63,978 bases of DNA, filler included, from Octopus bimaculoides (GCF_001194135.2; 8 parts of 8 records of this genome joined end to end with filler, not necessarily neighbours in it); one strand, 5' to 3'; shown: positions 40,119 to 52,337, counted from the whole stretch's first letter. The notes: a model not told the origin generated them from the letters alone. Program-made: numbers and translations.

Positions 40119-40253
40119 ATATATATATATATATATGTACATATATATATATACATATATATACATAGTAAAGTCTGTTTGCCAATGTAAGGTGGCAGGC
40201 CTGCTTAGGACGATGTTACTACTGTTTAACCCTAGGGAAACTTCTTTTCCAGC

Positions 40254-40588
40254 TGTGTCCGTATACTGTGAGCAAGGGAGTTAATGCTCCCCTTCCACCC
40301 TTAGCGATACCTACAACCAATGGTTGGTGGGTTATTTCTCTTCCTCGGTGCAGGACATTCGCTGGCTAGTGATGGCAGCTACTAGACATCGCTCACAAAA
40401 TATACTTTTGATGTGACACACAATTACTGATCTCGTAAAGGGAAAAGCAACTAGTTTTAAATCTGCCATCACTACCCAGCGATTGTCCTCCATCAAGGAA
40501 GGGAAATAAAACACAAACCATCGGTCTGCAGATATAGCTAAGCAAGGAGTGGGAGCTTTAACTCCCTTTCTCACAGTATAGGGACACA
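40254..40588. mobile_element. Fold-back/MITE-like element with about 130-bp imperfect inverted arms
   Basis: 40254-40385 aligns to the reverse complement of 40450-40588 at roughly 80% identity by eye. Confidence 0.75.
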
Positions 40589-41163
40589 GAACCTCCCTCT
40601 TTTGTTTACAAATTAACTTATCGTAACTGTTTTCTACCTCCAGTTTGAAGAGGGGTTATATGCTCGCGGTTATTGGAGTCTGACGAGTTGTCTATAAAGC
40701 TAACCGCTTAATGGATGCGAAACCATTGGTCGCTCTACGACCGGACATATATTCAACTTCATGTAAAAACATTATTGCTCTAAATTTTAGAGTATGCATC
40801 CTTTTCGGATATATATATATGTGTATATATATATATATATATNNNNNNNNNNNNNNNNNNNNNNNNNNNNNNNNNNNNNNNNNNNNNNNNNNNNNNNNNN
40901 NNNNNNNNNNNNNNNNNNNNNNNNNNNNNNNNNNNNNNNNNNNNNNNNNNNNNNNNNNNNNNNNNNNNNNNNNNNNNNNNNNNNNNNNNNNNNNNNNNNN
41001 NNNNNNNNNNNNNNNNNNNNTGCAGACATATTCCCGGAATTAGCGCGCCAAAATGAAGACATTTGATTTTTACCATTAAGTTGTAATTAGAAGAACCATA
41101 TACACGTTTGCCTCTAGGGGTGAATAACTTGTATAAGATTCTGATCATTTTGATTTCCTTACA

Positions 41164-41225
41164 ATTTGTGCTGAAGAGAAACAGATATTCGGTAAGAATG
41201 TTAATTTCGAAACCGGTCCACGAAT
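41164..41225 (+). ncRNA. Type I minimal hammerhead ribozyme, canonical core, GUC site
   Basis: Helix I ATTTGTG/CACGAAT; CTGAAGA 41171-41177; stem II GAAA/TTTC plus ATATTC/GAATGT; GAAA 41209-41212; palindromic helix III ACCGGT; predicted cleavage after C41218. Confidence 0.85.
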
Positions 41226-41420
41226 AATAATGTTTTATTTATGTAATTTTCACTGTCTTGCCCGCATACGGTTTGGTATTTCGCTGAATTTCTTTTGAGA
41301 ACCATTAGGTCTTAGTAGACACAACATGTGATCTTCTTCTAGCACATTAAATGTCCACTTTAGTGGTCATCGTTATATATAAACATATATATACACATAG
41401 ATAGATAGATATACAACAGG

Positions 41421-41752
41421 TATGGATGTGTGGTTAAGAACTTTTCACAATCACGTAGATCAGAGTTCATTCCCACTACGTGTACATACCAAATGTGTGT
41501 GTGTGTGTGTATGCACGTCTGCATGTGTGTGCGTGTCTGCGCACGCGCATGTTTGTCTATTTCCGTTTGTCACTCCCCACCACTGGACAATCGGTGTTCA
41601 TGTGTTTACGTCCCAGAAATACAGCAGTTAAGGAAAACAAAGAGAAAGGATAGATAAGCGTAAGGCTGGGTCGATTTGTTCTACTAAACATTCCAAGGCT
41701 GTGCCCCAGCGAGGCCACAGTCCAGTGACAGAAAGAACTAGAAGATAAAAGG
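41421..41752 (+). mobile_element. SINE family B, diverged
   Basis: Head GGATGTGTGGTTAAGAA, internal (TG)n, tail GGGTCGATTTGTT...GCCCCAGC..GGCCACAGTC. Confidence 0.65.
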
Positions 41753-42193
41753 CATACTTTTCTTTATTAATGATGCGTTTATTAATAAATATTTGCCACG
41801 CAATATAATTAAAGAGCTTGAAGTTTGCCAACCTTCAAATTTCCGTCTCCAATTGTAAATGCTATGAAATCTATTTCTACATTAGATTTATACATGGATG
41901 ACATATGTATACAAGGCGAACACGCGCCAAAAAATTAGCGGCTGAGCAAAGAACGCTTTGAATTTGTGCTGTTCTATCTATAGGCTCCGTTGATGCTGCT
42001 GCTACAAAATGGTATTTGCTTTCTTTCAAATGAGGAATGCATATTCATATCCTGTGTTTTTTGGAAAACTTGGCAAAGTTTCAAAGCTTTTCTGTTTAGT
42101 TTAATCGGATTTGATTTTCGGATTTCACTTCGATATCCATTTGGCATATATTTGAACATGAAGTGTAGGTCGTGGGGCCTTTCTCTAATTGAT

Positions 42194-42240
<47 letters not shown>

Positions 42241-43139
42241 NNNNNNNNNNNNNNNNNNNNNNNNNNNNNNNNNNNNNNNNNNNNNNNNNNNNNNNNNNNN
42301 NNNNNNNNNNNNNNNNNNNNNNNNNNNNNNNNNNNNNNNNNNNNNNNNNNNNNNNNNNNNNNNNNNNNNNNNNNNNNNNNNNNNNNNNNNNNNNNNNNNN
42401 NNNNNNNNNNNNNNNNNNNNNNNNNNNNNNNNNNNNNNNNNNNNNNNNNNNNNNNNNNNNNNNNNNNNNNNNNNNNNNNNNNNNNNNNNNNNNNNNNNNN
42501 NNNNNNNNNNNNNNNNNNNNNNNNNNNNNNNNNNNNNNNNNNNNNNNNNNNNNNNNNNNNNNNNNNNNNNNNNNNNNNNNNNNNNNNNNNNNNNNNNNNN
42601 NNNNNNNNNNNNNNNNNNNNNNNNNNNNNNNNNNNNNNNNNNNNNNNNNNNNNNNNNNNNNNNNNNNNNNNNNNNNNNNNNNNNNNNNNNNNNNNNNNNN
42701 NNNNNNNNNNNNNNNNNNNNNNNNNNNNNNNNNNNNNNNNNNNNNNNNNNNNNNNNNNNNNNNNNNNNNNNNNNNNNNNNNNNNNNNNNNNNNNNNNNNN
42801 NNNNNNNNNNNNNNNNNNNNNNNNNNNNNNNNNNNNNNNNNNNNNNNNNNNNNNNNNNNNNNNNNNNNNNNNNNNNNNNNNNNNNNNNNNNNNNNNNNNN
42901 NNNNNNNNNNNNNNNNNNNNNNNNNNNNNNNNNNNNNNNNNNNNNNNNNNNNNNNNNNNNNNNNNNNNNNNNNNNNNNNNNNNNNNNNNNNNNNNNNNNN
43001 NNNNTATATTAGTAACAAAACCAGAAAACATAACCGATGGTTTATACTTTACCAAATACGCATGTTTCCTTAAATCGACTGCCGTTATTACGCAAGGATG
43101 TTAGGTAGATTGCATAATGCAATTAGCTACCTACTCAGC

Positions 43140-43268
43140 ATTCCCACACGGCTTTAGCCGACCCGTGGCTATGGTAGATGACATTTACGCAAGGTTCCAA
43201 GTAGTGGAACTGAACCCGGAACCATGTGGTTGGAAAGCGAACTCCTTACCACATAATCATAGCTATGT
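43140..43268 (-). mobile_element. SINE family B, 5' part
   Basis: GGCTATGGTAGATGACA...GGAACTGAACCCGGAACCATGTGGTTGG...CTTACCACA. Confidence 0.7.
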
Positions 43269-43304
43269 CTATAAATACATAAACATATTCATATATTTAT
43301 ATAT

Positions 43305-43686
43305 GGTACTCCGTCGGTTATGACGAGGAGGGTTCCAGTTGAGGGTTCCGATCAACGGGACAGCCTGCTCGTGAAATTAACGTGCAAGTGACTGAGCACT
43401 CCACAGACACATGTACCCTTAACGTAGTTTTCGGAGAGATACAGCGTGACATAGAGTGTGACAAGGTTGACTCTTTGAAATACAGGTACAACAGAAACAG
43501 GAAGTAAGAGTGAGAGAAAGTTGCGGTGAAAGAGTACAGCAGGGCTCCCCCCCCCCCAGCCGGAGCCGCGTGGAACTTTAGGTGTTTTCGCTCAATAAAC
43601 ACTCACAACGCCCGGTCTGGGACTCAAAACCACAATTCTACGACCGCGAGTCCGCTGCCCTAACCACTGGGCCATTGCGCCTCCAC
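43305..43686 (-). mobile_element. SINE family D, full length
   Basis: Colinear with 17245-17631 along its whole length. Confidence 0.9.
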
Positions 43687-43981
43687 ATTCATATACATAA
43701 ACAGAACGGATAATAGTCTTTTCATGGCCAGTGTTCTTTTCTATGATAACGTTATTAGACTTTTATGAATAATCTCTCCTACATAAAACTACACAGAAGC
43801 TATTTACGGTTCTTTGAATATTCTTACATATATAAATGATTATGTACAGACGTAAAAACAGTCGTAACCTTCAATTCAATGAGTTTTTATCAATGGTATA
43901 AAGACCGTATTAGGTTTCAAATAAGCGAAATATCTATTTTTATAACTATATATTCTTATTAATATTTAGTAGAAGCTTAAA

Positions 43982-44360
43982 GCGGCGAGATGGAAGGAAC
44001 GTTAGCGTACTCCGGGCAAAATGCTTAGCGGCATTTCATTCGTCTTTAATTTCGGAGTTCAAATCCTACCGAGGTTGACTTTGCCTTTCATCCTTTCGGG
44101 GTCGATAAAATAAGTACGAGTTGAGCACTGGGGTCGATCTGATCGACTTACTCCCTTCCCCCAAATTGGTGACCTTGTATGAATAATATATATGTATTTT
44201 ATGGGCCCGTCGCTCCCATCTGAGTTCAAATTCCGCCGAGGTTGACTTTGCCCTTCATCCTTTCGGGGCCCATAAAATAAGTACCAGTTGAAGACTGGAC
44301 CCGACGGAACCGACTCATCCCTTCCCCGAAAATGGCTGCCCTTGTGGAAAAATTTGAAAC
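43982..44360 (+). mobile_element. Two SINE family A copies (about 43982-44185 and 44205-44360)
   Basis: Both contain GAGTTCAAAT...GAGGTTGACTTTGCC..TCATCCTTTCGGGG...ATAAAATAAGTAC. Confidence 0.85.
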
Positions 44361-44611
44361 CATTATTAATGTGTGTATATATATGTTTTTATTTATGCGC
44401 CCTTTAAAAGCCTAGCCAGGCTCATGGGCACCGGTTTCCCGATTTCTATAGCGTACGTGAGCATTTAGGTAAGCATGTAGACGTGTCTGTGTGTGTGTAC
44501 ATGTGTATGTACATGTGAACGTATGTTTACGTACTGATATGAGTCTGTTCAAGTTGTATACATGACTGTTACTTTGTTGAAGGTTGTGTACACACACACG
44601 CACACACACAC

Positions 44612-44644
<33 letters not shown>

Positions 44645-47254
44645 TATAGACACACATATATATGTGTGTGTGTGCGTTCTCTTCAGTGCGGATCCGGCTG
44701 GATTGACGGATCGTGCTGGTTAATCACATGTCGCATGTTCTCGGCAGGTGATGAAGTATCTTGCAGAGATGGGGATTTGACTAGAACTCTGCTTGGCGGA
44801 TCACCCAGGAAGACCCAGGAATATACAGACAAATGATAGAACCAGTAACGCACTGCAATGACGCATGGCCCTCCACATCACACCTCATTTTGTTGGATTC
44901 CATTTCGTTATATGGAGTTAATAGTTCTAAGTATTTTCACACAGTTAGACGTGGCATTTCTCTATTTCTAACCTTGCTGTTCTTTGGTCTCCAGTCAGTC
45001 CTATGTTCCGTTGCAGAAATTCACCTTTATTTTAGTTTACGCAAATTACCTTCAACTCGAGTTACAAGTAATAAAATTTTCGCCGTCTCTTTCTGTGCCA
45101 TAATGCTGACGGAAATAGATTGAAAGTTCATAGACTGAAGAAGAACAGCAATTATTTACTCATTGACGAGAATGAATGCAAAACTGAAAGTGTGAAGGCT
45201 AATTAAATTATATATTTTTATTGCAAATCAATTGCTATACTTAACGTTAAATTGATTCGCTGTGCAATCATTGTAAATATGAATTTAGCCACACGGACGC
45301 CATTTATTGATGGTTGGTGATATCGACAAATGGAGTGTTTGTTGTTTAAATTGTCAGATAATGAAATCCAGTTGAGTGCAAACAGGGGGGAAGGATCTAA
45401 AACAAACGAAAACAAACAAAATAGGAAGAAAAAAAAAACAAACGATATTTTTGCATTCCTTTCAAAACCTATAGAACTTTTTTGAGTAATAAATCAAACA
45501 GTGCTACCTACATCTTTCTAATTCGATTCTAAAATTGAACATTGAAATCCAGCTGATCGAAAATATATATTAAAAAAGAAACAAAAACAAAAAACAAAAA
45601 CAAAATTCTTCTATTGATTTTTCTTTCATATTTTTCGCGACAACAATGGGATTAGGGAGTAGAATAGACAGACCAACCTTACACTGTTATTTTTTTCAAT
45701 CAGTTATCCAATCAGATTGAAATGCTTATTCGTTCAAGTGTAAGAACTGTATTATATCATATTATATTTTATCATGTTATATATTATATTATATTATATT
45801 ATATTATATACTNNNNNNNNNNNNNNNNNNNNNNNNNNNNNNNNNNNNNNNNNNNNNNNNNNNNNNNNNNNNNNNNNNNNNNNNNNNNNNNNNNNNNNNN
45901 NNNNNNNNNNNNNNNNNNNNNNNNNNNNNNNNNNNNNNNNNNNNNNNNNNNNNNNNNNNNNNNNNNNNNNNNNNNNNNNNNNNNNNNNNNNNNNNNNNNN
46001 NNNNNNNNNNNNNNNNNNNNNNNNNNNNNNNNNNNNNNNNNNNNNNNNNNNNNNNNNNNNNNNNNNNNNNNNNNNNNNNNNNNNNNNNNNNNNNNNNNNN
46101 NNNNNNNNNNNNNNNNNNNNNNNNNNNNNNNNNNNNNNNNNNNNNNNNNNNNNNNNNNNNNNNNNNNNNNNNNNNNNNNNNNNNNNNNNNNNNNNNNNNN
46201 NNNNNNNNNNNNNNNNNNNNNNNNNNNNNNNNNNNNNNNNNNNNNNNNNNNNNNNNNNNNNNNNNNNNNNNNNNNNNNNNNNNNNNNNNNNNNNNNNNNN
46301 NNNNNNNNNNNNNNNNNNNNNNNNNNNNNNNNNNNNNNNNNNNNNNNNNNNNNNNNNNNNNNNNNNNNNNNNNNNNNNNNNNNNNNNNNNNNNNNNNNNN
46401 NNNNNNNNNNNNNNNNNNNNNNNNNNNNNNNNNNNNNNNNNNNNNNNNNNNNNNNNNNNNNNNNNNNNNNNNNNNNNNNNNNNNATGAAGGGATTGTTCT
46501 GTATGTTGTCTGTCTTGTTTCTCTATTTGTTTCTTTCGTTGTACGAAAAAAGGTTCGTTTTCCATGTCTTTTGCTTTTTTTATGTTCTCGTTTTTCATTT
46601 TGTTCACGTTTTTTGACGTTCTTATATGCATGTATATATACATGTATATGTAGGTATGTACATATATATATGTATATATGCATATATATATATATATATA
46701 TATAAATATATATTATTTATATAATATACATGTATGTATATATATATATGTATGTCTGTATGTATGTATGTATGTATGTATGTATGTATATATATATTTA
46801 CTCGCTGAGAGTGCAGAACGACTCAACATTGAGCCGAAGCTGTGCCGTAGTCTAAGTCTATGGACAGGAATTAAAGAAACGTGAACCGCACACACACATA
46901 CAAGCATACACACACACACACACGCATGCACGCGCACACAGACACGCACGCACACGCATATATATATATATATATATATATAATCCAAGAAAGTTAGGGG
47001 TTGTGAATCTAACCCACTAAGGGATAATATCCATCCAATATACTGCCGAAAGGATACCCAATTACTATCACACTAGTGTTTTTACCGAGTGCAATAGATG
47101 GGTGTGGGTAAAAGGATATTTTACCCTTAATTTATATAGCAATAAGAAAATGGAGGGGAATAGGTGGTATTCATCAACTTGCAGACATCGTATTATGCCA
47201 ATTTACCTGTTTATTTTTCAACTAAGAGGACAGGACAATAAAAACATGAGGTGA

Positions 47255-47357
47255 CATGCCTCATTCTATCCATATAACTCCAGTAAGCTGGAGTAATTGA
47301 TAGATGAATTGGATGAAAATAGAGGTACATGTATAGTTCTAGGCCTCTTCAGAGATT
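47255..47357 (-). ncRNA. Partial hammerhead ribozyme (CUGAAGA half) of the same family as 27569-27668
   Basis: Minus strand AATCT CTGAAGA GGCCTAG...; shares CATG(C/T)CTCATTCTATCC...AGTAATT...GGTACAT with the 27.6-kb copy. Confidence 0.55.
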
Positions 47358-47785
47358 TACAAAGTTAATTTACAATATACAAATATAAACATATAAAGAA
47401 AAACATATAAAAATCATAAAAACTCACATATATATGCATATGCATGCATACTTTGACATATATAGATATACATAAATAATCATAAATACATGAATATATA
47501 TATATATATGTACATTTAAGAGTACATACATAAACATCTATACATGCACACCAATGATTCAATTGTTATTGTTATTATACATAAGGACACATATATATAC
47601 CCACTCACACATACAAACATACACATATGTGTATATAAGCATTCCCATACATACATGTTCCCTGGTACATAAGCTTTAGTTGTGTTTAGAAAGGAAGACC
47701 GATGCATTGGTTCCTATCGCTATATTTCCAGCAGTCCTGTTTATGATGGAGGAATTTATATAAAAAGATATTTCGTAAGCATTGT

Positions 47786-47841
<56 letters not shown>

Positions 47842-48242
47842 TGTCCAAACTTCTATAACCTGCGATGAGATACTCTGTTATTTTCTGCTTATGGNNNNNN
47901 NNNNNNNNNNNNNNNNNNNNNNNNNNNNNNNNNNNNNNNNNNNNNNNNNNNNNNNNNNNNNNNNNNNNNNNNNNNNNNNNNNNNNNNNNNNNNNNNNNNN
48001 NNNNNNNNNNNNNNNNNNNNNNNNNNNNNNNNNNNNNNNNNNNNNNNNNNNNNNNNNNNNNNNNNNNNNNNNNNNNNNNNNNNNNNNNNNNNNNNNNNNN
48101 NNNNNNNNNNNNNNNNNNNNNNNNNNNNNNNNNNNNNNNNNNNNNNNNNNNNNNNNNNNNNNNNNNNNNNNNNNNNNNNNNNNNNNNNNNNNNNNNNNNN
48201 ATATATATATATATATATACATACATATACACATACATGTGC

Positions 48243-48662
48243 GCTTAAGTTACGATGGTATTTTGCTCCACCAGGCTTTGCAGGACGTCCTCGTCGAGCT
48301 CTACAGATCTTCCAAGCGAGTCTCGTCTTCTAGGCTGTAGTTTTCGGCTCGGTATTTCTGGAACCACCGCTGACACTGGCTTACGTCTATTGTCCGACCC
48401 CCATACACTGCATTAATATTCCTTGCACTTGTAATCTTTATTGAACTCATAAAGCAAAATATGTTGAATATGCTCCTTTGTCACTTCCATTGCAGCTTTG
48501 AAAAAATAACTGTTAAAATCGAACCGCATACTTCAAAACTTGTACTAAGAATAAGGAAAAAGGTAAAATTACTACCTGCTTTTATAGCAAGTTGATACAG
48601 GTAGTTTATCCCGTTCACCATCGACTTTTCATGCAATTGTTCATGCAATTGAAAAAGACCTA
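48243..48662 (-). mobile_element. mariner transposon 5' fragment (transposase N-terminal HTH), frameshifted
   Basis: MEVTKEHIQHILLYEFNK...ARNINAVYGGRTIDVSQCQRWFQKYRAENYSLEDE...SVELDEDVLQSLVEQN. Confidence 0.8.
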
Positions 48663-48859
48663 CCAACATACACACGAACACACACACGAATACACACACA
48701 CACGCGCGCGCGCACACGCGCACACACGCACACACAACACACGCACACACATGAACACACACACACATGAACACACACACACAACACACGCACACAACAC
48801 ACGCACACAAACACGCACACACACACAGAGATACACACACACATATAAATGTGTGTGTG

Positions 48860-49045
48860 TCTCCCATTACCACTTGAATTCAGTTTGCTTACGTTCCAGT
48901 TACTTAGCGGTTCGGTATAAGATACCGATAGAATAAGTACCATGGTTTTAAGAGAAGAGAACTGGGATCGATTGTTTCAACTAAAATTCCTCAAGAGAGC
49001 GCCCCAGCATGGCCACAGATTAATGACTGAAAAAACTGCGAACAT
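48860..49045 (+). mobile_element. SINE family B tail
   Basis: ACTTAGCGGTTCGG...ACCGATAGAATAAGTAC...GCCCCAGCATGGCCACAG. Confidence 0.7.
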
Positions 49046-49109
49046 ATATATATATACCTACACACACACATATATATGTATACATACATACATACATACA
49101 TACATACAT

Positions 49110-49209
49110 NNNNNNNNNNNNNNNNNNNNNNNNNNNNNNNNNNNNNNNNNNNNTTAATTAATTAANNNNNNNNNNNNNNNNNNNNNNNNNNNNNNNNNNN
49201 NNNNNNNNN
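49110..49209. other. Assembly join spacer
   Basis: 44N-TTAATTAATTAA-44N. Confidence 0.95.
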
Positions 49210-49865
49210 AATCTGCCAGCAAGCACGACCTGCCTGTTCTAGGAACTTTCATGGGCCAAACCAAGGATCCGACAACCGGTAAGCAGGATCTTATACCTTA
49301 CATAGTCACCAAGATCTCTGATCTTAATTTGCTGGGACGAAATGCTATCCAGACTCAGGGAATTTCCGTAGACACTGCTCTAGGTTTGAAAAGCATAGAC
49401 AGCCAAGCCAAGAGGGAATGTGCAGAAGGGATATATCCAAAGACCTCAAGTGAGCCCTATGTTTCCCTGCAGCAAGATTGTCACAACATGTGTGATGAAT
49501 TTCCAGATCTTTTCAAGCAAGAATTGGGATGTCTCAAGAATTTTGAACTGGAAGTGAAGTTCAAATTAGACGCAACACCAATCTTTCACAAGGCACGTCC
49601 GGTCCCATTTGCTCTTCGTGATGACCTAGCCAAAGGTTACGAAGAAGGCATCGCCAAGGGAATCTGGAAGCCTGTCCAGTTCAACGAATACGGAACGCCA
49701 GTGGTACCGATTCGTAAAGCACATGCTTCAAGCAACCTGAAGCCCAAACTACGGATTTGTGGTGACTACTCTGTGGGAATTAATGACCAACTTGCTGATC
49801 ACCGTCATCCAATGCCACTCCCTGCTGAACTGATGCAGAAACTCGGAGTTGGATTCGGATATACA
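49210..49865 (+). mobile_element. Ty3/Gypsy (Mag/K02A2.6-like) pol fragment: protease end and RT N-terminus
   Basis: ORF 49251-49889 contains NLLGRNAI, FPDLFKQELGCLK, PIFHKARPVPFALR, YGTPVVPIRK, LRICGDY and HPMPLPAELMQKL; homology stops before the first catalytic Asp. Confidence 0.85.
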
Positions 49866-50728
49866 TGTGACGATGCTTTTGCCGATTAAGCTAAACTACC
49901 CACCACAAATTCCTCTGCAAATTAAGGTATATAAACCTCGCTTTATGAGACGCTCTCATATGTTAAATACATTACCACACACACACTACATTATACATAA
50001 ACACTACACTACATAGATATACATTACCAAAATGTTTACTTTTGAGAGTGTTTTATTTCTGGAAAATGGGTGAAAAGATGATGGAGACGACGTGGAAGAT
50101 AAAGTAAAGAAAGAGAGCGAGAGAGAGGAAGAAAGAGTGTAGGGGCGTGCGGGTGGGAGGATGTAGAGATATCATTTACATAGAGTGTATGAGCTGGCAG
50201 ATGGTGATTGGCTGACATATACACACTACATTATACATTCACATACATAAACACTACAGTACAAAGATATACATTACCTCAAGCAAATACACGCACAATC
50301 ATCCTTCCATGAGGAGACGACGCCTTTATTCTTGCTTTCGCAATTCTTGGTTTGTTCAAAAGATCGCAACAAAAGTTGGACGAAGCAAATTGCTGACTCT
50401 TACAAAGCATTCCTGAGACGAAGACTTTAGGCTGCGATTGAAACGCAATTATCGACTTTGGTAAATACTTTTTTTTTACTAATTATCCTAATTAACAAAT
50501 GGTTTATTCATTCGTTATAAACCTGAATAATGACATTCATCTCTGTCAAACGGATTCTTGAAATACTTTACCTCGAATCCAGCTGAATCTACCTTTACAA
50601 TTAGAGTTAAAGGCACTGTCATAGTATTAGCTGTCAGAAGCGAAAGTAGAAAAATCTAAACAAGGAATGTTACTGCTGGTTTGAGTTGAAATCTGTTTCT
50701 TTGGCTACTGACTGGCCGGGGCTATCTG

Positions 50729-50791
<63 letters not shown>

Positions 50792-50873
50792 GTCTGTCTG
50801 TCTGTCTGTCTATTTCTCGTCCACCTTCGTTTGTTTCCGTAGAATTTATCAAATTAGAAAAAAAAAACTTTTT

Positions 50874-51155
50874 GGCTACTTCCATCATGCTAGCTCCACA
50901 CGAGGGGCATATTTTTGGGGTAAATATATTTTTGCATTATTCATTATTGTTTTTAAAAACAAATCACATACACCAATCAGCACCACCAATGACCACCACC
51001 ACCACCACGCGTAATCCAAAGTTGGAATTAATCACCGCGATATTGCCATCGCCACCGCTACAACAGAAAATAGTATTAATTGGCTTAAGAGACATGGACT
51101 TTTAAATACCCCAAAAATATGCCCCTCCTGTGGAGCTAGCATGATGGAAGTTGCC
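50874..51155. mobile_element. MITE with 49-bp terminal inverted repeats
   Basis: 50874-50922 GGCTACTTCCATCATGCTAGCTCCACACGAGGGGCATATTTTTGGGGTA versus 51107-51155 reversed, 2 mismatches. Confidence 0.8.
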
Positions 51156-51528
51156 ATATCCGTACTACTCTGAAATGTGATTTTTTTTAGCTGTTTATAA
51201 ATAAATCACACACGTGATTGAAGTTACCTGTTTATATATAAGTCACACACGTGATTGAATATCATAGTACTGGCTGCACAACAACTTATGATAACCTTCC
51301 AGTATAGGGAAATAATGGTCAAACCAAAGCGTTTGACCCGAGTTCAAAAATATAAAAAAAAACTAGTGTAATAGGTGTAAAACAACTTGCTGTGAACGAA
51401 TATGAAGAAAAAAATGCGCGCTCGCGAACGGGTGGGGTGAGGAGAGTACGGATAATACTAGTAAGACGTTAAAGTTATTTCCCTTGTATTTTTATTTACT
51501 TTTCTACCTCCCGAAACTGGAAGATTAC

Positions 51529-51565
<37 letters not shown>

Positions 51566-52139
51566 TGTATTTCCAAGCATATACACAGACACATGCTATC
51601 ACACGCATACATCATCATCATCATCGTCGTCATCGTTTAACGTCCGTTTTCCATCATGCTGCCAACCCATGCCAGTTGTCCAAATATATCTAAATATATA
51701 AGTGTATGTCTGTGTGTGCATAAATATATAACTTTTCAAACAGTTGTGTACAGTTTTGTCATCAATGAATTGATTTAAATTTAACAACATTCAGAATGAA
51801 ATAGAGATAAATATTGAAGATGAAGATGCGCAATATGATATAATGAAAAAAAAAAAGAAGAAAATATAAGGAATAAAAGACAAAATTCCAGGTTTAAATA
51901 GCAGTAGCTTTCGTTGGTTGTGAAAATTTGCCTCCTATTTAAGAAGACACATTTATTGTTTAGGAACTGAAGATTATTTATTTCTTTTTGCAGACAAAAG
52001 CGAAATTGCAACATCTGACGATTACGAATCATATTTCTAACTGAAAATGTTTCTGTGGCGGTAATTAAAAGTTTTTCTTCTCTTAAATATTGTTTTATGT
52101 TAAAACTGGAAATAGATTTATTATATAATCACATATATA

Positions 52140-52140
52140 T

Positions 52141-52173
<33 letters not shown>

Positions 52174-52298
52174 GTTTAACGTCCGCTTTCCATGCTAGCA
52201 TGGGTTGGACGATTTGACTGAGGACTGGTGAAACCGGATGGCAACACCAGGCTCCAATCTAAATTTGGCGCCTGGTGTTTCCATCCGGTTTCACCAGT

Positions 52299-52300
<2 letters not shown>
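52140..52300 (-). mobile_element. RTE LINE 3' end with fold-back inversion at its 5' side
   Basis: (CAT)n + GTTTAACGTCCGC terminus; 52222-52259 pairs with 52263-52300. Confidence 0.85.

Positions 52301-52337
<37 letters not shown>

Noticed and set aside
27569-47357. A single hammerhead with a 20-kb loop formed in cis by the two halves
   Set aside because: The halves lie on different assembly pieces and overlap in homologous sequence, so they are two truncated copies.
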